The notes under the pieces were generated by a model that was not told where the DNA came from, searched no databases, and saw only the letters and a program-made list of their open reading frames with translations. The translations under genes were made by a program, and so were the position numbers. Positions 1 through 10,410 of a stretch of 64,000 bases of DNA are shown here, piece by piece. Within the stretch, counting starts at the first letter, position 1. The number at the start of each line of letters is the position of its first letter. Origin of the DNA: Octopus vulgaris (taxonomy: Eukaryota); NCBI GenBank assembly GCA_951406725.2, contig OX597839.1, forward strand, positions 17,360,001 through 17,424,000, in the 5' to 3' direction.

Positions 1-489
1 ATGGAATCTTTAAACCTATCAGATCTTGTCAAACTATTTAAGCCATGGCAGCATAGAAGATGGATATTAAATAATGATGATAAAATTGACTAAACCCTCT
101 TCTACATGATGCTCCAGCATGACTGTAATCAAAAGGATAAATCCAAGCAAAAGTGAAACAAACAAGGAAAAATAGAGAAATGGAAAAATAAACATAATCA
201 CTCCACTCTCTTTATTTAGATAACATAGATTCATGTTTGCAAACCATTTCTTTCACTTGTACTGTTTCATGTGGAATTTCTTTAAGTTTAAATTCTTCAA
301 TGTTCTTAGAAAAATCTTTTTGTTTTATTATTTATATCAGGAATGTTATATAAAACAGCTTTGGTTAAAACGAATTCATTTTCTTTATTGTCTTTAAAAA
401 AAATACACTTAACCCTTTTGATATGAATCTTGCTTGAATTTACTTCTAGTCTTTTGTTATTGCATCTACCATTTATAAATGTTCACACA

Positions 490-644
490 GACATGGCTGT
501 ATGGTTAAGAAACTTTCTTCCCATCTGCATGGTTTTGGGTTCAGTCTTGCTGTATAACATCTAGGGTGAATGTCTTGGGCTGACCAATGTCTTGTGAGTG
601 AATTCAGTAGACAGAAACTGTATCAAAACCTGTATGTGTGTGTT

Positions 645-692
<48 letters not shown>

Positions 693-1155
693 GAGGCGCA
701 ATGGCCTAGTGGTTAGGGCAGTGGACTTGCGGTCGTAGGATCGCGGTTTTGATTCCCAGACTGGGCATTGTGAGTGTTTATTGAGCGAAAACACCTAAAG
801 CTCCACGAGGCTCCGGCAGGGGGTGGTGGCGATCCCTGCTGTACTCTTTCGCCACTTTCTCTCACTCTTTCTTCTGTTGGCCTGCTCGCTTAGCCAGCGG
901 GGTGGCGTCATTTGAAGGCTAAAACAATGCGAAGCACATTGTGACCAGCGATGTGTAACAACATCTGATAGCCTGGTCGGTCACGGTGATCACAGTGATA
1001 TATGCGTGTGTGTGTATAATGAAGCAGTTCAGTAAAAGAGACTAATAGACTAAGTACCAGACTTGATAACCAATAAGTAGTGGGGTCAATTTATTAGACG
1101 AAACCCTCTAAGTACGTGTCTCAGCAAGCCCGCAGCATAGTAACTGAAAAAAAAA
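490..1155 (+). mobile_element. tRNA-headed SINE, family A (decayed), interrupted by a family B SINE
   Basis: Head CATGGCTGTATGGTTAAG...GGGTTCAGTC, body TTGTGAGTGAATT..TAGACAGAAACTG, internal (TG/TA)n, tail AAAAGAGACTAATAGA..AAGTACCAG; same modules as the complete copies at 2812 and 7850. Confidence 0.75.
690..999 (+). mobile_element. tRNA-derived SINE, family B (young, CpG-rich)
   Basis: Pol III A box TGGCCTAGTGG and B-box-like GGTTTTGATTCC; homologous to copies at 55066-55313 and 33398-33655; sits in a (TA)n tract. Confidence 0.85.
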
Positions 1156-1690
1156 TTAAGTTGAAAGATAATCTGTGTATTATGTACTTGCTTCCTATGT
1201 ATTTTCTTGTTTTCTATGTATTTTCTTATGTTCATTATTGCTGCATACAGCATAAAAATCTACTTATAATAAACACTATCATGGATAAAACGCATCTTGA
1301 ATTTAGGCTTAAATTGACTCAAAAATCGCAAGCTACCAAGCACCTATGCAACTGCTAGATGTGTAGACAATCTACTGTACATTGATGTCCCATCACAATT
1401 ATAAAATTATCATGTAATTTCAAGTGATGCAGATGAAAACATACATATGTATGTATGCATTTTACCCTTGCTTCATTTCTCTCTCTTTTCTTTTTTTTAT
1501 CTCCTTTTTTCTCTCTCCAGTCTCACTGAACTTACCTCTCGTATCCAACAAAGTACTATGTCTGAAACATAATCTTACTCTATAACTTTGTTTTACTTTA
1601 TTTGAGCTTCAGCTTAATAGTATTAACTATGAACATTCCTTGGGCACTCTATTGTGTTGTTTTTGTTACTTGTATTTGCTTTGGTGCTGC

Positions 1691-1825
1691 ATCATCATCA
1701 TTTAAAATCCATATTCCATGCTGGCATGGGTTTGATGGTTTGAAAGAACTTGGTGAGCCAAATGACAGTACCAAGCCCTACTCTGCTTTAACATGTTTTC
1801 TATAGCTGCATGCCCTCCCTAACTC
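1691..1825 (-). mobile_element. RTE-tailed non-autonomous element, family D (3' part)
   Basis: (CAT)n-TTTAA..TCCATGCTGGCATGGG tail and GCTGCATGCCCTCCCTAAC core shared with the copy at 45975-46271. Confidence 0.65.
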
Positions 1826-2185
1826 CAATTATATATATACATACATACTATATATATATGCTTTTTAGTATAACACCTAATTGAATTCTATAAACAAACC
1901 TTTCAATAGAAATATTTTCATGAATTGAACAGCAGGAACTGCTAGCAACCACTGACCAACGACAGTCAAGGCAATCCCAAATTCTTTCCTCCCCTTCTCC
2001 CCCTCTTCCTCCTCCTCCTTCTTCTTCTTCCCTACCAAGAATTCACATGGACTTTGAACCCACAAGAGTAAACAAGAGAGACAAAGAAAGGCAGAAGCAA
2101 GGAAAATGCCACTTATATTTGAACACTATACAAATATTCTTTTAAAAAAACTTTTTAAATTTTTCTAAATTTAATTTTTTAATTG

Positions 2186-2228
2186 TTACAGTTGAAAAGG
2201 TCTCAAATGACCGAAACTGGTACTGAAA
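2186..2228 (+). ncRNA. Minimal type-I hammerhead ribozyme motif, U3-A8 core variant
   Basis: TTACAG|TTGAAAA|GGTC-TCAAAT-GACC|GAAA-CTGG-T-A|CTGAAA: stem I CAG/CTG (extendable), core UUGAAAA, 4-bp stem II, GAAA, near-palindromic stem III ACUGGU, GUA cleavage triplet. Confidence 0.65.
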
Positions 2229-2811
2229 TGTTCTTTATAAAATTATTTTAGCATTTTCTATCTTGACTTGTTTTTTCATATATATCAACTCCCTTTTCAT
2301 CCTTATACATATATATATATATATATATATAGTTACTATAAGGTGAGCACAAGTGTGTACATATGCCGTGAAAGAGAGAGAGTTGAATTCTCTAGTAAAT
2401 CCATAGATGTAAACTTAAATAATAAGAAAATTTCATTGATAACACAAAAGTAAAACACAGTATTGACATGTATACCTTGGATATTTAAGACTGTGTTTGT
2501 GGATAGTTGATGGGTTGGATGTAGTGCTATTAAAAGAGCAATAACTCTTGAAATATGCATATACACACATTTTTTACATAGCAGCATTCATATAAAAAAA
2601 CATTGTAACTCACAATACTGGCTCTGAATTCTACAGAAAATTTATAGATAAACTGTTAACCAAATACACTCAAATCCTTGGTTGGATCAAGCCTGAAATT
2701 ATGTGGTTGGGAAGTGAAATTATTAGCCACACAACCATGCCAGTAGCTATGTACTTTTTAATATTTCATTTTATATTAAATAAATTGATATATGATAAAA
2801 AAATAATCATA

Positions 2812-3212
2812 GGTACAGGAGTGGCTGTGTGGTAAGAAGTTTGCTTCTCAACCACATGGTTCTGGGTTCAGTCCCACTGCGTGGCACCTTGGGCAAGTGT
2901 CTTCTACTATAGCCTCGGGCCAACTAAAACTTTGTGAGTGGATTTGGTAGACAGAAACTAAAAGAAGTCCGTTGTGTGTGTGTGTTTGTATGTGTGTTTG
3001 TGTGTGTGTGTCTGTGTTTGTCCCCTCCCAACATCGCTTGACAACTGATGTTGGTGTATTTATGTACCTGTAACTTAATGGTTTGGCAAAAGAGACTGAT
3101 AGAACAAGTGCTAGGCTTACAAGGAATAAGTCCTGGTGTCAATTTGTTTGACTAAAGGCAGTGCTCCAGCATGGCCACAGTCAAATCACTGAAACAAGTA
3201 AAAGAGTAAAAA
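2812..3212 (+). mobile_element. tRNA-headed SINE, family A, full length
   Basis: A-box-like GTGGCTGTGTGG, B-box-like GGGTTCAGTCCC, CORE-like ACCTTGGGCAAGT, internal (TG)n, tail GAAACAAGTAAAAGAGTAAA; many homologues in the window. Confidence 0.9.
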
Positions 3213-3632
3213 ATAAAGTTTTATCATATTATTGTGTATTTTCTTAATAAAAATGGGTGGGTACAAATTTTACTGCCAAATACCATGTGTTATATAAAAT
3301 TTTAATCTTGCTTTTGGTGGAGGAAAGTACATACTATATGGAGAGTTTCATGTGACCTTATAAAATTTTGTATCATCATCATTTAATGTTAATTTTTCCA
3401 TACTTGTATTAGTCAGGCAGAATTTATTAAGGCAGATTTTCTATGGTCAGATGCCCTTGCTATAACCAACTCTTCTGTTTCCAAGCAAGGTAATATTTCC
3501 CAGAGACAGACATATTTTTGATGAAAGACTGGAAATGAGCATGTTCATTTCCAAACATCATATGATGTCAAGACAAGGGCACACACAAATAAATACACAT
3601 TCACACATGTACATACATACATACATATGTAT

Positions 3633-3920
3633 GAGGGTGTGAGACCTAGTAGTTAGGGTGTTGCAAAATCATAGGTTTGATTCCCGGACCAGGCAGTGTG
3701 GTGTGTTCTTTAGCAACATACTTCATCTCACATTGCTCTGCAATCACTTCGGCATCTGACATGTGACACAACATGCACCTACCTATACAGAAAATGTTGA
3801 GTTGATGGAGGAAGTTTGATGGAGGAATGTACAGCATGGGCATTTAATCACTATAAATAAATCACCTGTGCAGGTTCTTCAACAAGAATTTGCAGAGTCC
3901 TCTACAACAGAAGAGTCCAT
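3633..3920 (+). mobile_element. Decayed tRNA-headed SINE (family F-like head)
   Basis: GACCTAGTAGTTAGGGTG...GGTTTGATTCCCGGACC A/B boxes; head similar to 15714 and 24975. Confidence 0.6.
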
Positions 3921-3922
3921 GT

Positions 3923-3967
<45 letters not shown>

Positions 3968-4224
3968 AAAACAAAATTTAAAGAATCGAGATTGAAACCC
4001 ATGTTTATCCTTGTGTTTACCTATGAAATATGAACATAATATATTTGCATATGTATGCCCATGGTTAAAAATAGGTAATATATTGGTAGTGTAATGGATA
4101 CTTCTATCCCTTAGTCATTTTAACCTCTAACTCAACTAATATACAATTGCAGCGTGGAAGGTGTTTATAAGCCATTTAAGAAACACACAAAAGCCGTTTG
4201 ATTCACTTCAACATTTAAGTTTAA

Positions 4225-4274
4225 TTTGTCAAAATATTTTCGTCGCTAAAATCCGCGACCTGTTCACTGACAAA
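4225..4274 (-). ncRNA. Minimal type-I hammerhead ribozyme motif, G3-C8 core variant
   Basis: Minus strand TTTGTCA|GTGAACA|G|GTCGC-GGATTTTA-GCGAC|GAAA-ATAT-T-T|TGACAAA: perfect 7-bp stem I, 5-bp stem II, perfect palindromic stem III AAUAUU, 1-nt insertion after A9. Confidence 0.7.
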
Positions 4275-4428
4275 GTCCGTGCTGCATCTCAACTAATATA
4301 TATATATATATATGTGTGTGTGTGTATAGATATATATGTATTATGTATGTATAGTGTGTTAGAAGTGGGGTCCAGGTATTGAATATTGAGAAAAGAGGAG
4401 TTCACCAGAATTTTTTATATAGTCATTA

Positions 4429-4468
4429 TTATTAGCGCATTCGTTCATTTTTCAAACTTGTCAAATAA
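4429..4468 (-). ncRNA. Degenerate minimal hammerhead motif (U3-A8, A15.1 changed to U)
   Basis: Minus strand TTAT|TTGACAA|GTTT-GAAAAAT-GAAC|GAAT-GCGC-T-A|ATAA; one substitution from a canonical GAAA core. Confidence 0.4.
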
Positions 4469-4849
4469 AATTTTTTTGTGAATGTACAAACAGGTTAGTT
4501 ATCTATATAAAGCAGGTGTTTTTCTGTTTTGTTCAGAAGAGGGGAACATTATATATATAGCTTGTTTCAGCTGAGGCACCACCTTGAAGAATTTTTAGTT
4601 GAATGAATCAACCCCAGTACCATATATATATATATATATATATAAAGTAACACGTTCACAAGTAATCAAATACTGGGTGAACTTTTGTTATTTTTCCCTC
4701 TATGCCTACGTGAATTGTTTTTGAGTATACATGGTCTGGGAGATTCTTCTTATAGTAGAAGAAATAGCTAAATTCTTTGGCTGCTATTTCTAAAATTTTG
4801 GTATGCGGCAAAGCAAATTTTTTTTTTACTGAACCCTAATTATATAAAG

Positions 4850-4903
<54 letters not shown>

Positions 4904-4905
<2 letters not shown>

Positions 4906-5038
4906 GAAGGTTGTTTGCTATGGCTGGTCAGAGAGTGATCATTGGTTTCACACCTGACGAGTCATCTATACAGCTACGCACTTTATATCTATGAAACCAA
5001 TGGTCACTCTCTTATCAGCCATAACAAGCAACATTCTA
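4904..5038. repeat. 47-bp inverted repeat enclosing and overlapping a hammerhead-like core
   Basis: Arms 4904-4950 and 4992-5038 match at 41/47 positions; CTGACGA at 4954-4960 and GAAACCAATGGTC at 4993-5005. Confidence 0.85.
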
Positions 5039-7849
5039 AAGATATTACTGCTGTAATGTTTTAGAGTGTGCTTTATTTACAGATATCTGAACTACTGATG
5101 ATATATATGCATGGTGGGATTCTTCCAGTTTCTATCTACATCATCCAGTCACAAGGTTTTGGTCAGCCCAGGGATTGTAGTAGAAGACATATTGTTATTT
5201 TGAATCTATTTATATAAATTGTATTTTCTTTAGAACAGGTTGTTTGCGTGCCTCTTCCATCCAAACCAGCTAAATACTAAATACACTTGTCCAGTGGGAT
5301 TGAAATCTGTTTACATGATTTTCAAAGTGAAAGTGTTAATCACATGGCCATGCCAGCAACAGGTTATATGAGAGATAACCAATCTATAACCAATCTATCG
5401 TATAAAGTGATTGTATAGAATTTGATTGTATGGAAACAATCTCTTTTTCTTCGGTGCTAAAACTAAAGAAAATATATCTAATTCCTGATATTTCACAGTG
5501 CAGTAAACCAGTTATATTCTGTTGCTGTGTTGTGTTGATATTTAGGTGTATTTTTTTTGTTGTAGAGTTTGCTGGTTTTTTTGTTTGTTTTGTTTTGTTT
5601 TGTTTCCTAATAGATGCACTGTTTATAAACAAGCAAGCCTTGGATATCGACAACAATGCGTAATTTAACATAATATCACAGAATAAAGAAAAATCAAAAC
5701 AATACCAAAATAACAAAAATCTGACAAATTTTAATTTGACACTTTGCAATATTTTATACACACACATACAAACACATACACGCACACACATGCATACACA
5801 CACTCACACACATGCATTTACACACGCACACACATGCATTTACCACACACACTCCTACATATGCACACATACCATTCACATGCACTAACACACACACATA
5901 ATCATATACATTATCACACACATATACACACATTATTACACACAAATATTTATCATATGTCCATCTCTTCTATGTATTTCATTGCTATTTACACTACTTT
6001 ACTTTAGTAACTAAACCAAACTTACACAATTTACACATCTCTCTCTGTCTCTCTGTAGGATATCTTTACTAAAGTTCTTTTAGTAGATTCTATTAAAAGT
6101 GATTTTGTCTCAGGAATTCTACTGAATTAGGTAATAATGTTGTCATCTGGAAACATTATTGTCATTTCTGTGTTTTTTGTTTTCTTTCTTCCTCTTCAAC
6201 TTTTTTCTTTTCCTTTCTTTTGTCTTATTTTTCTTTTTTTCATTCTCTCCTCCAAAATAGATGTCACATCAGCACAGCCTCAAGTAAGGCTGAACAAACT
6301 GACAAGTCTCTCTCGCTCTCTCTCTTTCTTGTTGTTTTTGCTGTTTTTCTTTCTTTTTCTTTTTACATTTCACTTTTGTTTTTTCTTACCCCATTTTCCT
6401 ATCTTAAAAATCACAGAAATTTTGTCATTGATTTTGGTTTCATTTCAGAGGAAGGATATTTTCTTCTTCAGTGACATTTTTCGAATAAACGTCTCTCTTT
6501 ATCTCTCTGTCTGTCTCTCTCTCTCTTTACAAATTCCCACACACACACACCCACACCCAGCCCTCTCTCTAGATTTTTTCTTTCACTCTTCCTCTTTATC
6601 TCTCTTTCACCCTCTCTCTGTCACTTTTTCTTACACCTTACATTGCTTTTGAGCAATACTTACTGTCTACTTCACTGTATACACTCACAAAAATTTGAGA
6701 AGGATAATATAAGTATAAGAGGTTTACAATTTTATACATACATATCTATATATATATATATATATGTATGTATTTCTGTCTAACCTACTGAATGCAAACA
6801 ACTCTTAGGGTATTAAAAAGTTTAATAGACCAAGCTGTAACGTTACAAAACTCACAAAAAAAATCTCATAAAGAAGACAACAGAATGGGGTGGGGTGGGG
6901 AACACACACACACACGCATGCACACACACACGCATGCACACACACACGCACAAGCAGACACACACGCACAAGCACACACGCACACACCAATTTATTTCTA
7001 ACAGTAAAAGCAGAAAGCAATGTAAATAAAATAGTCCCACACCACTTCCCTCGACCCACCATCACCCCACCCCCACCTTCTTGAAATCTTGGAGAGTCAG
7101 CAAAGTACGTTTTTCTTAAAAATACTGAAATACTACAACTAGAACAATTGGAAAGAAATGCAACATTTGGTTGCAATGTATTTTTGGGTAAATATTTTTT
7201 CCTTCTGTCCTTAGTGATAGTAGTAGTGGTGGTGGTGGTGGTGGTGGTATGTTTATCTCTTCAAGCACCAAACTAAACTCACCAGAGTGGTTTCATATAT
7301 AAAGAAAATCTTTTCACATTTTGAAAAAGTAAGTTATTTGCATGTGTGTGTGTGTGTGTGTGTGTATTTGATATATGTGTTCATGTGCATGCATGTATTT
7401 CTGTTACTTGTATGCTAGTGTGCATGCATTTGTGTGTGTTATTATGTTATATATGTGTATGTGTGGCATTTTTACATATACATGTGGGTGTAATAAATGT
7501 ATGATTCTTGTGAAATCTGTGCATGAATATATATTTGTAGAGTGTTTGTATATTTGTATATCAATGTTTCACTTGTTTCACTCATTCGACAGCAGCCATG
7601 CTGGGGCACTGCTTTTAAGGGTTTTAGTCAAATTGATCACTGTACTTAGGTTTTTTCATTAAGTGCAGTACTCATTCTTTTAGTCTATTTTGCTGAACTT
7701 CTAGGTTACAGGGATGTAAACAAACTGACACCATTGGTCAAGTGCTGGGGAAGGTGACAAAAATAAATCACACACACACACATCACACACATACACACAC
7801 ACAGTGAGCTTTCCCAGTTTTCACCTTTCAAATTCATTTACATTCATAT

Positions 7850-8240
7850 GCAGGAGTGGCTGTGTGGTAAGTAGCTTGTTTACCAACCACATGGTCCCAG
7901 GTTCAGTCCCACTGCATGACAACTTGGGCAAGTGTCTTCTACTATAGCCTCAGGTTGACCAAAGCCTTGTGAGTGGATTTGGTAGACGGAAACTGGAAGA
8001 AGCCCATCGTATATGTATGTATATGTATATGTTTGTGTGCCTGTGTTTGTCCCCACAACATCACTTGATAACCGATGCTGGTGCATTTACGTCCCCATAA
8101 CTTAGCAGTTTGGCAAAAGAGACTGATACAATAAGTACTAGGCTTACAAAGAATAAGCTCTGAGGTCGATTTGCTAGACTGAAGGTGGTGCTCCAGCATG
8201 GCTGCAGTCAAATGACTGAAACAAGTAAAAGAGTAAAAGA
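7850..8240 (+). mobile_element. tRNA-headed SINE, family A, full length
   Basis: Same head, CORE-like body and (GTAAAAGA)2 tail as 2812-3212; an oppositely oriented partial copy lies at about 7570-7840. Confidence 0.9.
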
Positions 8241-8763
8241 ATATCTTTCTGTTTAATGTGTGTGTGTGTGTGTGTATACATACACATATGCAAACACATC
8301 ACTATGTACAGTCTATACTTACAAGCTATATATTGGCAGCGCATATTTTTGTTGTTTCACCCCAAGTCATCCTCGATTGACCAAACCTATGGTCTGAGAC
8401 ATTCCAGTTATGGTCATTGTGTTCTTTTTTATGTCCCAGATTGTACTGTCCAGTATGTGTTTCTATGTTTTTTTTCTTTTTGTAAATTTCTATAAATTGA
8501 GAGCAAGCTGGTTGCTGTATCTAGCATATCAGGTGAAAATATAGAGGCTGCCACATTGGCTGTGTGAGCAAACCTCTGATCAAAGACATTCCATCTGTGA
8601 CCACCCTGCCTTTTGTTTATTCAGGACAATATTGTATAAAGCGTTTTTAAGAATGACTAGTGTAATTAATTTGAGAGAGACTTGGCTGCTGATTTTAGCA
8701 AGCTGTGTGGTCACATAGAGACTGTCTCTCACTGGCTCATTGGTGTTTCATTGTCACTTTTAA

Positions 8764-8984
8764 CCTTTTAATATTCAGATTACTCTATCAAATGCAATGC
8801 TTATTTATTCACGTTGCTTTGAATAAATCAAGAATTATTTTGTAGCTTTGAGGTTTCAATGATGTGATTGTTTACTTTTAGAATGACAATGTAGGGTAGA
8901 TGTGAGAGGCTGGACCTGGCCAGTTTGAACAAAAAAACAGATAGAATATTTGAACCAGGTATAGCCAGTTTGAATGCTAAAGGG
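8764..8984. mobile_element. piggyBac-like MITE (TTAA target site)
   Basis: TTAA at 8760-8763 and 8985-8988; termini CCTTTTAATATTCA and TGAATGCTAAAGGG are imperfect inverted repeats; reversed partial homologue at about 56537-56692. Confidence 0.75.
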
Positions 8985-9204
8985 TTAATGTCCCATTACT
9001 AATATTTAAAATAATGACTTACTTATGGAACATCTGGTATGAATACTTTTTATATGTTGGTATATGTATGGTGTTGCTATTTGAGATAGCACAATCATTA
9101 GATGGGGAAACCATGTATTCACCTCTTCAGCAAGACACTTGTTCCTATTTCTCTATCATACTTTCACTTCCATCAGTACTATACTCCATTCAGTTGAGTT
9201 GGTG

Positions 9205-9425
9205 ATGGTCTTGTCTTGTGAATAGCTGTTGGCCACATCAGTGCTGGTGCCATGAAAAATGTACTCAGTACATTCTGTAAAGTGGTTGACTGTAGGAAGG
9301 GTATCCAACTGTAGAAACCCCACCAAAGGAGATGTTGGAGCTCAGTGCAGCACTTTGGTTCATCAGTTTCTAGTAAACCATCCAACCGATGCCAGTATGG
9401 AAAAAGGGACGTTAAATGATGATGA
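9205..9425 (+). mobile_element. RTE-tailed element, family D
   Basis: GGAAGGGTATCCAACTGTAGAAACC core and TCCAACCGATGCCAGTATGGAAAA..GACGTTAAATGATGATGA tail. Confidence 0.7.
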
Positions 9426-9564
9426 GGATAATTACATGTGATCAGAGAGGTGACATTACCTACTACTGTTATCAGGACATTGAATCACCATAAAGAGACC
9501 CTCACTTCTTTTTTTTCTTTGTGTATCTGCATGTTACCTTTTTATTGAAATATTCTTCAAACAC

Positions 9565-9732
9565 ATGCACTTTGCTATGTGATTAAGAAGCTCACTTTGC
9601 AACCATGTGGTTTTTGGTTCTGTTCCACTACACAGAACTTTGGGCAAGAGTCTTTTACTATAGCCCCAGACCAGTCAATGCCTTCGGAGTGAATTTGGTT
9701 GAAGGAAACTGTGCGGAAGCCCAATGTATGTG

Positions 9733-9805
<73 letters not shown>

Positions 9806-10050
9806 GTGTGTGTGTTTATACATGGAAAATGAATTTGTGTCTGTTTGTTTCCTCCACTACCACCACTTGACAACTGGTGTTGGTTTATTTATATCCCCCT
9901 AACTTAGTGGTTCAGCAAAAAGAGACTAATAGAATAAGTACCAGACTTAAATTAAAAAAAAATACTGGGGCTGATTTGTAAAACCTTTGAAGGTGATGCT
10001 CCAGTATGGCCGTTTCAGTCCAGTGACTGAAACAAGTCAAAGATAAAAGG
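9565..10050 (+). mobile_element. SINE family A with expanded internal (TC)n(TA)n(TG)n
   Basis: Head, body and tail modules as in 2812-3212. Confidence 0.8.
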
Positions 10051-10410
10051 TAATACCAGCTGAATATTTGAGATACAACATTCATAACATGATTCAGACA
10101 ATCAGTGTGCAACATACAAATAGATAACATTCAAACTTATAATTCCTCCGATAGTTTTATGATGTTTTTGTATGTCAAATCACTTATCTTCTTCCTCCAC
10201 TAATGACAGACTCGTTCATCTAGGTTGGATTAAGAAGGAAAAAATGTATTAATATTAATAAAAAGCATACTTATTGTGATGTCTTCATTCATTCATAGTT
10301 GTCAAAAACACCATATAAAAATCATTACAGCAAAATAGAGAAAATTATAATGAAAGAATCTCTTGTAATTTTTTGTAATTTTAGGGTTTGTTTTTTGTTT
10401 GTTTTTTTTT

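Noticed and set aside
692-765. tRNA gene
   Set aside because: A/B boxes continue into a repeated SINE body; no acceptor stem. The same applies to the other SINE heads.
1540-1580. Hammerhead-like AAAGTACTATGTCTGAAACAT
   Set aside because: Core and stems too degraded to support.
5384-7176. Overlapping ORFs of 60-171 aa
   Set aside because: Translations of (CA)n, (TG)n and pyrimidine tracts; low complexity and no domain.
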